Below the pieces are notes generated by a model. That model ran no database searches and was not told where the DNA came from. It saw only the letters and a program-made list of their open reading frames with translations. A program made the translations under genes and the position numbers. A stretch of DNA of 64,000 nt from Candidatus Daviesbacteria bacterium (GTDB lineage: Bacteria > Patescibacteriota > Microgenomatia > Daviesbacterales > UBA10151): positions 52 through 64,051 of the forward strand of contig JAQTPP010000003.1 of assembly GCA_028712705.1 (NCBI GenBank). Direction: 5' to 3'. Every line of letters starts with the position of its first letter. Position 1 is the first letter of the stretch. Below are positions 19,003 through 31,416 of this stretch, piece after piece.

Positions 19003-21564
19003 CTATGTTTTTTCTTTAGAACAAACAACCGTAGCTGCTGCTACTTTTTCCCCGGGTCTGACTCTCATTAAGATTACCCCTTGAGTTTGACGCTGCAGGG
19101 TCGGTACCTCTGCCAGGTTCATCTTTATAAGTTGTCCTTTTGTGGAGGTTAATACCAAAGTGTCCATTTTTTTATCAATGGCCTCTGCTGTAACAATCGG
19201 TCCGGTTTTGGCAGTCACCTGTGCAGCTTTAACTCCTTGTCCTCCCCTGCCCTGTCTGCTCCAGGCGGAAAATCTGGTTTTTTTACCTAAACCGTTTTGC
19301 ATAATTACCAAAAGCTCATCATCATTACCTTGGACCAAATTTAGGGAGACTACCTCATCGTTGCCGGTCAGCTTAATTCCTCTTACTCCGGAAGTATCCC
19401 GGTGCGTTGGTTTGACTTGGGTTTCGGAAAAACGAATTGATTTGCCATTTTTTGAAACAATAACGACATCGTCCTTGCCTGAGGTTGGGGTTACCCATCC
19501 CAGTTCATCGCTCGGATCCAACTTGATTGCTACCAGACCATTTTTGCGGATATTGGCATATTCTGTAAGGGAAGTTTTTTTGACAGTGCCCTTTTTAGTA
19601 CACATAAAGAAGTATTTGGCGCTTTCGCCTTTTTGCCTGGTGGTTAAAACTGCCGTGACTTTTTCCTCTTGTTCAACATTGATTAAGTTGACAATAGCCT
19701 GGCCTTTGGCTGCGCGTTGTGTTTCCGGAATTTCCCAAACTTTGATTTGGAAAACCCTGCCTTTGTCGGTAAAGAATAAAATACTGTCATGCGTTTGGGT
19801 ATAGAAAATGTGGGAAACCGCATCTGTTTCTTTGGTGGCGATTCCCATCACTCCTTTGCCGCCCCGCTGTTGTATCCTAAAAGACATCGGAGCCTGGCGT
19901 TTGATATAACCGCCTTCAGTGATGGTAGCAATAGTCATCTCATTTGGTACTAAATCTTCTTCGGAAAATTCCCCGACTTTTTGTTTATAAACACGGGTTC
20001 GTCTGTCGTCTCCATATCTTACTTTAATTTTTACGAGTTCATCCCTGATAACTTTTAAGATTTTTTCCGGATGAGCCAGTAAATCTTCCAAATAGGCAAT
20101 TGTTTCCCGGATCATTTTTAGTTCATCTTCAATTTTTTGGCGCTCCAGCGCAGCTAACCTTCGAAGCTGCATATCCAAAATAGCCAAAGCCTGGATTTCT
20201 GTTAACTTAAATCTGGTCATTAAATTCTGTTTTGCAGAATCTGCATCAGCGCTTTTTTTAATGGTTTCCACAACCGCATCGATATTATCAACAGCAATTT
20301 TTAAGCCTTCTAATATATGTTCTCTTGCTTTGGCTTCGGTAAGTTCAAATTCGGAGCGTTTTCTAATGACTACTTGCCTGTGATGAATAAATTCTTCCAA
20401 CACCCGTTTTAATGTCAGAAGATGCGGGACTCCGTCTGAAAGGGCGACCAGGTTGATATTAAAAACCGACTGCATGGCAGTATATTTATAAAGACTATTT
20501 AAGATTGCCTGGGGTTTGGCGTCTCTTTTTAAGTCAAACACAATTCTGACCATTTGTTTGCGGTCTGATTCATCCCGTAAATCCGCAATGCCCTCTAATT
20601 TTTTATCTTTTACCAGTTCGGCAATTCTGGCAATCAAGGTAGCTTTATTCACCTGGTATGGCAGCTCCGAAACGATAATTTGCATCTTTCCTGCCGCAGT
20701 TTCATCAATTTCAGCCTTGGCTCTCATTACAATCCGGCCCTTACCGGTGGCATAAGCCGCAAGGATTTCGGTTTGGTCATAGATGGAAGCGCCGGTTGGA
20801 AAATCAGGGCCTTTAATAAATTGCAGAAGATCTTCAACAGTGGCAGTGGATTTGAAGCTATCAGTCTTCAGTATCGCTTCGCCCGTTTTTGGCGCGGTTT
20901 CGCTCTCAGCTTTCAGACTTTCTGAATCTGACGACTGACGACTGACGACTGACGACTGTTTTTCCGGATGTTCTATCATGTAAACCAGTGCATCAGTGAC
21001 TTCCCCCAGATTATGTGGCGGGATTTGGGTGGCCATACCAACAGCAATGCCGGAGGCACCGTTTAACAATAGGTTGGGTATAACAGAAGGAAGTAATACT
21101 GGTTCTTGTGTAGTACCGGAATAGTTATCCACAAAATTGACAGTATTTTTATTAATGTCACGAAGTAACTCCTCGGAAATTGCAGAAAGTCGGGCCTCCG
21201 TATACCGCATTGCCGCGGGCGAGTCTCCATCAATTGATCCAAAATTCCCCTGGCCGTCAACCAGCATATATCTCATGGAAAAATTTTGCGCCATCCGGAC
21301 CATAGCTTCATATATAGGAGCATCACCATGAGGATGGAGGTTTTTCATAACTTCACCGACAACTGCAGCTGATTTTTGGAAGCGGGATGTGTGGTGTAAA
21401 CCTTGCTGGTGCATTGCGTAAATAATTCTTCGCTGGACCGGTTTTAGGCCGTCACGGACGTCCGGTAGCGCCCGGGAAACAATAACAGACATGGCATAGT
21501 CCAAATAGGACTTTTGCATTTCTTCAATAATAGGAGTGGTTACAATTTTGCCGATGTTACTCAT
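19003..21564 (-). CDS. gyrA: DNA gyrase subunit A (start likely ATG 21564)
   Basis: [29 protein letters not shown], GyrA box QQRGGKG. Confidence 0.97.
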   Translation of the reverse strand: MSNIGKIVTTPIIEEMQKSYLDYAMSVIVSRALPDVRDGLKPVQRRIIYAMHQQGLHHTSRFQKSAAVVGEVMKNLHPHGDAPIYEAMVRMAQNFSMRYMLVDGQGNFGSIDGDSPAAMRYTEARLSAISEELLRDINKNTVNFVDNYSGTTQEPVLLPSVIPNLLLNGASGIAVGMATQIPPHNLGEVTDALVYMIEHPEKQSSVVSRQSSDSESLKAESETAPKTGEAILKTDSFKSTATVEDLLQFIKGPDFPTGASIYDQTEILAAYATGKGRIVMRAKAEIDETAAGKMQIIVSELPYQVNKATLIARIAELVKDKKLEGIADLRDESDRKQMVRIVFDLKRDAKPQAILNSLYKYTAMQSVFNINLVALSDGVPHLLTLKRVLEEFIHHRQVVIRKRSEFELTEAKAREHILEGLKIAVDNIDAVVETIKKSADADSAKQNLMTRFKLTEIQALAILDMQLRRLAALERQKIEDELKMIRETIAYLEDLLAHPEKILKVIRDELVKIKVRYGDDRRTRVYKQKVGEFSEEDLVPNEMTIATITEGGYIKRQAPMSFRIQQRGGKGVMGIATKETDAVSHIFYTQTHDSILFFTDKGRVFQIKVWEIPETQRAAKGQAIVNLINVEQEEKVTAVLTTRQKGESAKYFFMCTKKGTVKKTSLTEYANIRKNGLVAIKLDPSDELGWVTPTSGKDDVVIVSKNGKSIRFSETQVKPTHRDTSGVRGIKLTGNDEVVSLNLVQGNDDELLVIMQNGLGKKTRFSAWSRQGRGGQGVKAAQVTAKTGPIVTAEAIDKKMDTLVLTSTKGQLIKMNLAEVPTLQRQTQGVILMRVRPGEKVAAATVVCSKEKT
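20903..20958. repeat. Heptamer arrays in gyrA
   Basis: (CTGACGA)x4 at 20928-20955 plus CTCTCAG-CTTTCAG; encodes [19 protein letters not shown]. Confidence 0.8.
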
Positions 21565-21649
21565 TGGTTTGGGGTACAAAAAAAGGGTTTAGACCCGAGT
21601 TAATTATACCTTTTTTGATCCTCTTTAAGCAAGGGGTAAAGGGTCTTTT

Positions 21650-22555
21650 TTAGGCCAGTTTTTCTGCGCTGTTTGATGCTAATTTAATCATTTTATCTAA
21701 TAATTTTGGGAAAGTTAATCCGACTGCTGCAGCTGCTTTAGGGAAAAGCGAAGAAGCTGTCAGTCCCGGAATTGTGTTTACTTCTAAGACATACGGCTTA
21801 CCATCTGAAATTATAAAGTCTATTCTTGAATAATGGCCAAGTTTCAAAGTCTTGTGAATCCTAAGAGCTATTTTTTGAACCATTTTTTTAAGCTGAGGAG
21901 TTAAAGATGGAGCATTAGGGATTTCATTGGTATTTCCCCAGTATTTATTTTTGTAATCAAACCAGCCCCCTGCCGGCGGAATAATTTCTATAACCGGTAG
22001 AGCTTTGTCTTTCAATATACCGACAGTCACCTCAATCCCCGGTAAGTATCTTTCCACAAAAAGCGGCAAGCCGGACTTAAGCAATTTCCGGCAAAGATTG
22101 TTTTTAAGATTCTTTGCTGATTTCAAAATTACCACTTCTCTTGACGATCCCCCGCTGGAACTTTTTAAAACACAAGGAAAACCAAATTTGACAATATCGC
22201 TTTGGTTTTTTATTTTTTTCCAAGGCGAGGTTAAAATATGTTCTCTGTCACAAAATTCTTTAAAAGAAATCTTATACCAACCCTGTTGAAATCCTATTGG
22301 GCTGCCTCCTATAAACCGTATACCTAAAGTGGATAATTGCTTTTGTAAACCTCCTCCTTCGCCTTCTTCGCCGTGTAAGACTGGAAAAACTACATCAAAA
22401 TCTTTTACCAAATTTTTGGAAATCCCCTCTTTTTTTAGGTCAAATAATTTAACTTCGTGATTGCTTTCCTCAAGCCCTGCTTTAACACATTTTGCTGACA
22501 TTAAAGAAATTCGTCTCTCAGATGTTGTACCACCGGTGATGATAAGGACCCTCAT
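21650..22555 (-). CDS. ddl: D-alanine--D-alanine ligase
   Basis: GGTTSERRISL, PVLHGEEGEGG, FDYKNKY, EVNTIPGLT. Confidence 0.93.
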   Translation of the reverse strand: MRVLIITGGTTSERRISLMSAKCVKAGLEESNHEVKLFDLKKEGISKNLVKDFDVVFPVLHGEEGEGGGLQKQLSTLGIRFIGGSPIGFQQGWYKISFKEFCDREHILTSPWKKIKNQSDIVKFGFPCVLKSSSGGSSREVVILKSAKNLKNNLCRKLLKSGLPLFVERYLPGIEVTVGILKDKALPVIEIIPPAGGWFDYKNKYWGNTNEIPNAPSLTPQLKKMVQKIALRIHKTLKLGHYSRIDFIISDGKPYVLEVNTIPGLTASSLFPKAAAAVGLTFPKLLDKMIKLASNSAEKLA

Positions 22556-23685
22556 ATAATTACCCTTCTGGTTGTTTCTGCCAAATTTACCAAAAGATCA
22601 TAGGGAATAGTTTTGCAAAGTCTGGCAGAGTTTGCAATAGAATTTTTATCTTTGGGGTTGCGGGAATACACAATAACCTCTTGTCCTGCTTTTGAGTTTG
22701 GCAACCGGCTTAAATCAATTATATTTATATTCATACAGACCCTTCCAAGTATAGGACATTCTATATTATCCATTAAAAATGTTCCTTTGTTAGACAATCT
22801 TCTGTCAACACCATCATAATAGCCTATCGGTACAACCCCAATCAGCGTATCTTTTTTAGCAGTGAATGTTCCATCATAGCCTAATTTTTCATCTTTTGAA
22901 ACTTTCTTTATTTGGATAATTTTAGTTGTTAATGTTAAAGCTGGTTTTAGATTTTCATCATAAGTTGATGAGGAGAAACCATATAAAGAAAGTCCTGCCC
23001 GGGTTAAATTGGAAATTTTTTCTATTATTTTTCTTGTTTCAGGATTAATCAGAGCTCCTGTTGCTGAAATATGGATCCATTTGGGATTAATGCCATATTT
23101 TTTACATTTGTCTTTTGCTTTTTTGAATTGTTTTATTTGATTTACAAACAGTGGATCGGTTTTACTTTCGGATGAGGCAAGATGTGACATTAGTCCCTCA
23201 ATTGTTAAATTGTTAAATTGTTTCATTGCTGTTAAGAAATTTGATAAATCCTTTATAGGAATTCCTTCCCGATGCATTCCGGTATCAACAAAAATATGAA
23301 TGCTGCAACCAGGTTGGAATTTATTTAAGACTTTGGCTGTTTCTAGATCAAAAACTGCAAATAAAAACGGCAATTTTTTAATCTTTAGATTTTCCGGATT
23401 GGTATAACCCATTACTAAAACCGGAGTTTTAATTTTGGCTTTTTGTAATTCATAAGCTTCAAATAAACTGTCAACACAGAAAAATGGAGTTTGTAGTGGG
23501 TCTAAAATTTTTGCTACGTTTACAATGCCATGGCCATAACCATTGCTTTTTACAACAGGAGCAATTTTCACTTTTTTATTAAGTGAGGATAAATAATGAT
23601 AGTTGTACAGCAAATTATCCTGCGAAACTTCAATTTTATTTAAAGTTTCATATCCTTTTTTAAAGGAATTTAGAAATTTAAGCAT
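22552..23685 (-). CDS. alr: Alanine racemase (start likely ATG 23685)
   Basis: VVKSNGYGHG, DTGMHREG, IGYYDG, GRVCMN. Confidence 0.94.
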   Translation of the reverse strand: MLKFLNSFKKGYETLNKIEVSQDNLLYNYHYLSSLNKKVKIAPVVKSNGYGHGIVNVAKILDPLQTPFFCVDSLFEAYELQKAKIKTPVLVMGYTNPENLKIKKLPFLFAVFDLETAKVLNKFQPGCSIHIFVDTGMHREGIPIKDLSNFLTAMKQFNNLTIEGLMSHLASSESKTDPLFVNQIKQFKKAKDKCKKYGINPKWIHISATGALINPETRKIIEKISNLTRAGLSLYGFSSSTYDENLKPALTLTTKIIQIKKVSKDEKLGYDGTFTAKKDTLIGVVPIGYYDGVDRRLSNKGTFLMDNIECPILGRVCMNINIIDLSRLPNSKAGQEVIVYSRNPKDKNSIANSARLCKTIPYDLLVNLAETTRRVII

Positions 23686-25099
23686 CTTTAAAAACTTTTT
23701 TGACAGCCTGATTAAATTTTCTACCCCTATCGAATTCGTTTTGGAATAAATTAAAAGAAGTGGCCGCCGGAGAAAAGAGAATGATATCGTTTGGTTTAAC
23801 AATTTTTTTAATATCTGTAAGCAGATTTTCGAAATTATTGTAAGTTCCTGCAATTTTATCTGATGACTGACGGCTGATAGCCTGTCCGTCCGGCAGGCGG
23901 GCTGACAGCTGTTTCTTTATTTCATCAGTTGAATCCCCTTCCAAAAAGAAAACCTTTTTGACAAATTTGCCAACTACCTCTGCATATTTTGTATAATCCA
24001 TTTTTTTATTCATCCCCCCGCAAATTAAAATTAGACACCCTAGGGGTGAATTTAGGTTGCCACCTAAGGTTTTTATAGCCTGGATTCCTGCTTCCGGACT
24101 GGTGGCAGCAGTGTCATTATAAATCCTTACTCCATGCCAAACTTTAATAAGTTCCATCCTGAATGGGATACCTTTGAACTTTGATAGAATTTTAAGAGCG
24201 GATTTTTTACCAATTCCGAAGGTTCCCCCAACAGTTATGGCGGCAGCAATATTTTCCAGATTATGACTGCCTAAAAGTTTAGGATGAAAGTTTTCTGATA
24301 AATCATTTTTAGAGAAACGGATAATATGAGCCTTAAGCCCAGTCAGAAAATTTGCCTGGTCTATCAATGAGTCGTTTCTTCTTATGAAAAGAAAATCATT
24401 TTGGGTCTGATATTTGCCAATAATCCTTTTGGAGAAAACGTAGTCTTTCATGGTGACATAATAATTAAGGTGATCTGGTGTGATATTAGTGATCACTGCC
24501 CATTTTGGGGAAATCTTGTGCGTATCATATGCTTCCAGTTGGAACGAAGAAATCTCCAAAACTACCAAGCTATTTTTTTTAACAGACGAAATTGTATCCA
24601 GAACGCTTTTGCCGATATTGCCGGCCAAAATAACATTTTTCCAAGGGTGTGTGCGTTGTCCACCCCTGGGGTGGGATAGGTTGACACCTAAGGATTTGCT
24701 GAGTACTTCATAAATTAGCGAGGCAGTAGTGGATTTGCCTTTGGTTCCGGTTACTCCAATGATCTGGTCAGGTCTTACATATTGCAGAAAAATTCCCATG
24801 TCTGTGTCAATCTGTTTACCCAATTTTGTGGCATATTCCAGGTAAGGATTTCCTGGTTTAATTGCCGGGTTTTTGATAATTAAATCTGCCCAATCTATAT
24901 CCTCATTTTTGTGTTCGCCTAAGGTATATTCTATTTGCGGAAAATCTCTTAACTCATCCAAAGAAGATTTTAAAACTTCTTTAGTTTTTAAATCAGTTAC
25001 CCTGACTTCGGCTCCTTGTCTTGCAAAAAATCTGGCAGATCCCACCCCACCTTCATTAAGTCCTAATCCAAAGACCAAAACCTTTTTAAAACTATTCAT
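23678..25099 (-). CDS. murD: UDP-MurNAc-L-Ala--D-Glu ligase with three repeat inserts
   Basis: GVTGTKGKSTT, GNIG, LEISSFQL, NITPDHL, NDTAAT, FSPAATSFNLF. Confidence 0.94.
   Translation of the reverse strand: MNSFKKVLVFGLGLNEGGVGSARFFARQGAEVRVTDLKTKEVLKSSLDELRDFPQIEYTLGEHKNEDIDWADLIIKNPAIKPGNPYLEYATKLGKQIDTDMGIFLQYVRPDQIIGVTGTKGKSTTASLIYEVLSKSLGVNLSHPRGGQRTHPWKNVILAGNIGKSVLDTISSVKKNSLVVLEISSFQLEAYDTHKISPKWAVITNITPDHLNYYVTMKDYVFSKRIIGKYQTQNDFLFIRRNDSLIDQANFLTGLKAHIIRFSKNDLSENFHPKLLGSHNLENIAAAITVGGTFGIGKKSALKILSKFKGIPFRMELIKVWHGVRIYNDTAATSPEAGIQAIKTLGGNLNSPLGCLILICGGMNKKMDYTKYAEVVGKFVKKVFFLEGDSTDEIKKQLSARLPDGQAISRQSSDKIAGTYNNFENLLTDIKKIVKPNDIILFSPAATSFNLFQNEFDRGRKFNQAVKKVFKDA
23860..23910. repeat. 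Family B element nested in a heptamer array in murD
   Basis: CTGATGA CTGACGG CTGATAG [CCTGTCCGTCCGGCAGGCGGG] CTGACAG CT. Confidence 0.75.
24036..24069. repeat. Family E insert in murD
   Basis: CACCCTAGGGGTGAATTTAGGTTGCCACCTAAGG. Confidence 0.75.
24661..24693. repeat. Family E insert in murD (second copy)
   Basis: CACCCCTGGGGTGGGATAGGTTGACACCTAAGG. Confidence 0.75.
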
Positions 25100-25715
25100 C
25101 GGGATTTTTGATACCTTTCAGTTCTTTAATAAAAAAGTCCACTCCGTCCGATTCTAATTTAATGAAGGCTGTATTAGAAATAGAATTTGTAAAATATATT
25201 TTTTCTGATAAATGATTTAATAAAACCCTCATTACTCCCCCGTGAGAGACAATCAAAACTGTTTTGCCTAAGTATAAAACAGCGACTTCCCGCAAAAATG
25301 TAATATATCTCCCGATTATTTCTTCATCAGTTTCATAGTTTTCATAGGGTTTGTAACTTAATCTTTCTTTTTTGCTTAATCTTTCCCACTTGTTATAAAA
25401 TTCCTGCATCAATTCTTGAGGTTTGCCATCAAATTTACCATAACGCCGTTCCCGCAAAAAATGGGTTGTTTCTGCGGCCATTCCTCTTTCCAGTGCAATA
25501 ATCTCGGCAGTTTTTTTAGCCCTAATCAAATCAGAAGAAAATACCGCCTCAAATTTAATTTCTTTTAAAATTTGTCTTAGTGCTTGCGCTTGCTTTATAC
25601 CCTCAGCATTTAAAGGGATATCTGCTTGTCCTTGGGTGATCCCTTGGGCATTCCAATCTGTCTGGCCATGACGGGCTAGGTAGAGAGTACAATATGTTTG
25701 ATCAGCTTTTACCAT
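25092..25715 (-). CDS. Histidine phosphatase (PGM family)
   Basis: LARHGQTDWN, SSDLIRAKKTA, LRE, VSHGG. Confidence 0.92.
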   Translation of the reverse strand: MVKADQTYCTLYLARHGQTDWNAQGITQGQADIPLNAEGIKQAQALRQILKEIKFEAVFSSDLIRAKKTAEIIALERGMAAETTHFLRERRYGKFDGKPQELMQEFYNKWERLSKKERLSYKPYENYETDEEIIGRYITFLREVAVLYLGKTVLIVSHGGVMRVLLNHLSEKIYFTNSISNTAFIKLESDGVDFFIKELKGIKNPDE

Positions 25716-25736
25716 AAATGGTATTATACTTATCTT
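25716..25736. promoter_or_regulatory. Overlapping divergent -10 boxes for leaderless transcripts
   Basis: Minus-strand TATAAT 25723-25728 lies 7 nt before ATG 25715; plus-strand TATACT 25725-25730 lies 6 nt before GTG 25737. Confidence 0.6.
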
Positions 25737-26540
25737 GTGAAAAACAATCCAATTGGAATTTTTGATTCAGGCATTGGCGGGCTAACTGTTACAAAAGAAA
25801 TTGTTAAACAGTTGCCAAACGAGAGCATCATTTATATAGGAGATACTGCCAGAGTCCCATACGGAACAAGATCAAGAGAAATTATCACCAGGTTTGCCAA
25901 AGAGTTAACGAACTTTCTTTTAAAGAAAAATGTTAAGTGTTTGGTGGTGGCATGCAATACTGTTTCTTCCGTTGCCCTGGAAGAAATAGAAAACCTCTCC
26001 CCTATTCCGGTGCTGGGCGTTGTTGAGCCCACGATACAATTAGCTCTCAAAACAACCAAAAATCGAAAAATTGGTGTTATAGGTACAGTAGGAACAATAA
26101 GCAGTAGAACTTATGATAAAAAAATCCATGAAATAAATCCAAAGATAGAGGTCGATAGCATTTCTTGCCCGCTTTTTGTGCCAATTGCTGAGGAGGGTTT
26201 GGAAGCTCACAAGGCCACAAAACTGCTAGCCGAGGATTATCTTAAGGAATTGAAGAAAAGACAAGTTGATACGCTTATCCTGGGGTGTACCCATTATCCG
26301 CTTCTTAGGAAAATTATTCAGGAAGTGATGGGAAGAAAAGTCAGCTTAGTGGATTCTGCAAAACCAACGGCTCAAAGTTTAAGAAAGATTTTAGAAGAGA
26401 AAAAATTACTTTCAAATAAGAAACCAAGATATGAATTTTATGTCACAGATGCGCCTGAGAGAGTTTTACAGGTGGCCAGCCGATTTTTTGGAAAGATTTT
26501 AAATGGTAAGTTACAACAAATTACCCTACCAACTCTTTAG
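25737..26540 (+). CDS. murI: Glutamate racemase (start GTG 25737)
   Basis: GIFDSGIGGLTV, VACNT, LGCTHYP. Confidence 0.95.
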   Translation: MKNNPIGIFDSGIGGLTVTKEIVKQLPNESIIYIGDTARVPYGTRSREIITRFAKELTNFLLKKNVKCLVVACNTVSSVALEEIENLSPIPVLGVVEPTIQLALKTTKNRKIGVIGTVGTISSRTYDKKIHEINPKIEVDSISCPLFVPIAEEGLEAHKATKLLAEDYLKELKKRQVDTLILGCTHYPLLRKIIQEVMGRKVSLVDSAKPTAQSLRKILEEKKLLSNKKPRYEFYVTDAPERVLQVASRFFGKILNGKLQQITLPTL

Positions 26541-27843
26541 CCAGTTTATCTATATTTCCTGCACCCATGAAAAAGACAATGTCCCTTTCTTTGATTTCAG
26601 ATATAATCTTTTCTAGAACTTCTGTTGCACACCCGGTGTGTAACACTGAAGGCCTATTGATGGCGTCTACTAACTGCTTACTAGTGACTAAACCTGTATC
26701 CACTTCTCGTGATGGGTAAATGTCTAGGATAAAAGTTTTGTCAGCAGGCACTTTCCGAAACACCTTGACAAACTCAGCAAAGAGAGCTTTGGTTCTGGAA
26801 AACATGTGCGGTTGATAAATTAGCAATATCCTTTGATCCGGAAATTTTTCCCGTACCGCTTCCATGGTTTTTTCTATCTCTGTGGGGTGATGACCAAAAT
26901 CAGAGTAAACTTTAGCACCACGGTACTCTCCGATACATTCGAATCTTCTCCCTACTCCTAAGTAACCGGATAAACTTTTCTGGATGATTTGGGGATTGAT
27001 TCCTAACAAGAGTCCAACCTGAAATGCTGCCCGGGCATTTGATTTGTTAAATTCTCCGGGAACCTTAAGAGTAATGCCTAATTCATTTTTGGAATAATCC
27101 AGGTACTGTATAGCTGACTGCTTCATGGCAGCTTTTACTACTCCCGCAACGCCGGTATCAGTCATGTTTGCTACAACAGTTATTTTTGTTTGGAGCAGGA
27201 ACTTTTTAAAGCTTTCCTTAACTGCTTCAAAATCTTTAAAATATTCCGGATGGTCCATTTCTATATTAGTTACCACTGTAATATCCGGTTTGGTGGGTAA
27301 AAAATTATCATTAAACTCATCAGCTTCTAAGACAAAATATTCAGGGTTATGAACTTTTTGTCGTGGTATGCGGTAGTTTGTTCCCCAGTTAGGTACTATT
27401 GCTCCCAGGAGTACTGTTGGATCAAGTCCATTATCTTCCAGCATTTTTGCAATCATGGCAGTGGTGGTAGTTTTACCATGGGTACCGCAAACAGCAATTA
27501 CAAATTTATCGCGAGCCAAATACTCTCCTGTAAACTTCTGCCAGGTCATGATTGGGATATTTTTTTCCTTAGCTGCCAAAAGTTCCGGATTTTCTGGATC
27601 CAGAGAAAAAATGGCTGGGGTAACAGCCAAAATATCTATATTTGTGCGACAACCTTTCAGGTTGACGGCTAAATGTTTAGGGTCGTGGTTGGTGAGAAGT
27701 TGGTCAGAGTTAAAGACACCGGTAAATTCGTTATGTGGTTGCAGATCGCAGCCGGTTACTTTAAAACCTTGAGCCTGGGCAATAGCAGCAGCAGCCGATG
27801 CCCCGCTCCCCCCTATTCCCAAAAAATGTATTCTTTTAGCCAT
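26521..27843 (-). CDS. murC: UDP-N-acetylmuramate--L-alanine ligase
   Basis: HFLGIGGSG, GTHGKTTTT, EADE, DHPEY, GVGRRFE, DFGHHPTEI, YQPH. Confidence 0.93.
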   Translation of the reverse strand: MAKRIHFLGIGGSGASAAAAIAQAQGFKVTGCDLQPHNEFTGVFNSDQLLTNHDPKHLAVNLKGCRTNIDILAVTPAIFSLDPENPELLAAKEKNIPIMTWQKFTGEYLARDKFVIAVCGTHGKTTTTAMIAKMLEDNGLDPTVLLGAIVPNWGTNYRIPRQKVHNPEYFVLEADEFNDNFLPTKPDITVVTNIEMDHPEYFKDFEAVKESFKKFLLQTKITVVANMTDTGVAGVVKAAMKQSAIQYLDYSKNELGITLKVPGEFNKSNARAAFQVGLLLGINPQIIQKSLSGYLGVGRRFECIGEYRGAKVYSDFGHHPTEIEKTMEAVREKFPDQRILLIYQPHMFSRTKALFAEFVKVFRKVPADKTFILDIYPSREVDTGLVTSKQLVDAINRPSVLHTGCATEVLEKIISEIKERDIVFFMGAGNIDKLAKELVG

Positions 27844-27909
27844 AAACTTAGTATATTATTTATAATATATGATTTTTCAATTCAAAATGATATTTTTCTC
27901 CCTGGTTAT

Positions 27910-28659
27910 TTACCGACTGAGTATCTTTGTTAAAGTTCGCCAAAGCAAGTAACAATCAAAACCTAAGCTGGCATGTTCAGCATAGAAAGCATCCAGGCGA
28001 TATCTTCTTCTGTCATCTTTAACAGAAGGACCAAGTATTTGATTTAAGCCTGAAAGACCGGGTGTTCCTCTAAAGTAAAATTCTCTCCATCGTTTGTACT
28101 TTTCTTCAGGCCAACAATTCTGCAAGAATCCAAATACATAAGGTGGCGCTGCTCGAATCCCTATAATGGATAATTGGCCAAGAGCAACTTGAGATAATTG
28201 AGGTAACTCTTCAAGCTGGTGGCGTCTCATAAAGGATCCCAACCTGGTATTCCGAGGATCTTCACTAGGGCTTTTGCCTCCTCCAATCTCAAGATTAACA
28301 ATTCCAGCATCACAATTTGAAACCATGCATCTAATTTTAACAACTCCAATACCTCTTTCTCTACTTAATCTCTCTTGAGTAAAAAACATTGATCCTCCAT
28401 CCTCGATTTTTTTTGCAATTGCCAAAACTGTCACTATAGGAATACTGACTAATGAAGCTGGTATGCTGACTGATAGATCTAAAGCTCTTTTCCATCGACT
28501 CTGTCTATAATCAGCGCCCGTAGTGGTTGATAAGAGTCTTAGAATTCTTGCAGGTGTGGAATCCTGTCTCCTGAGATAACGGTCAATTTGATGGGTAAAT
28601 AAATTGGTTGTGGCAGGTTGACCTGTTTGTTGTGCAGTTTCTATAGTTTCTATCGCCAT
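27910..28659 (-). CDS. Bacterial sugar transferase (WcaJ/WbaP-like phosphoglycosyl transferase domain)
   Basis: KRALDL, KIRCM, DPRNTRLGSFMRRHQLEELPQL, PGLSGLNQI. Confidence 0.85.
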   Translation of the reverse strand: MAIETIETAQQTGQPATTNLFTHQIDRYLRRQDSTPARILRLLSTTTGADYRQSRWKRALDLSVSIPASLVSIPIVTVLAIAKKIEDGGSMFFTQERLSRERGIGVVKIRCMVSNCDAGIVNLEIGGGKSPSEDPRNTRLGSFMRRHQLEELPQLSQVALGQLSIIGIRAAPPYVFGFLQNCWPEEKYKRWREFYFRGTPGLSGLNQILGPSVKDDRRRYRLDAFYAEHASLGFDCYLLWRTLTKILSR

Positions 28660-28705
28660 AATTTATAGAAAGTATCAGATTTTAGAGTAAACTTCAACTA
28701 TAGGT

Positions 28706-30769
<2,064 letters not shown>

Positions 30770-30794
30770 TTATAGTTTAACATAAAATTATCTT

Positions 30795-31415
30795 CTAATA
30801 AACTACCTGATAAATCTGGGATGGACGTTGATACAGGGGACGCGATAGAAAAGTTTTAACTTCTGCAAAGGTTTCTGTAAAAGGCCTATCGTTTCGAACA
30901 ACAAGACCATTAGCAGGGTGAGTATTTATGTAAATTGGTTGTTCTCTCATGAAACTATTCCATCCTTCCGGTGAAGAGAGCTTGTCATTGTCAAATTGCG
31001 ATCCGCGTCCTATGAGGTATCCTCTTAAAGTTTTTTCCGGTACCACAACTCGGATAAATTCTACTATTGCATTATATCTTTTAGCTGTCTGCTGATGCCA
31101 TTCTATCAAGCCATTCCAACCTGGTATTTGAACTTCCTTACTATAGACAACATCCGCAACAACATCACACCCGCGAGACAAAAGCACAATTATCACTTTT
31201 TGGATTAGTTCGTACACTTCTGGACGGTATTTTTCTTCGTACTCAAGACCATGTGAGGCCGGAAACACTGAGGCATAAATGTCTTTACTGACAACTGGAC
31301 AACCAAGGTCCTTTCCTAGTGCTTGAGCCAGAGTTGATTTACCTGTACCTGAAGAACCTGTTATAATTACTAGCTTTTTTGGGACCTGTGTATTGCTTTC
31401 TGGATTCAAGCGCAT
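30795..31415 (-). CDS. P-loop kinase (AAA_33-like)
   Basis: IITGSSGTGKSTLA; VVSKD. Confidence 0.8.
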   Translation of the reverse strand: MRLNPESNTQVPKKLVIITGSSGTGKSTLAQALGKDLGCPVVSKDIYASVFPASHGLEYEEKYRPEVYELIQKVIIVLLSRGCDVVADVVYSKEVQIPGWNGLIEWHQQTAKRYNAIVEFIRVVVPEKTLRGYLIGRGSQFDNDKLSSPEGWNSFMREQPIYINTHPANGLVVRNDRPFTETFAEVKTFLSRPLYQRPSQIYQVVY

Positions 31416-31416
31416 A

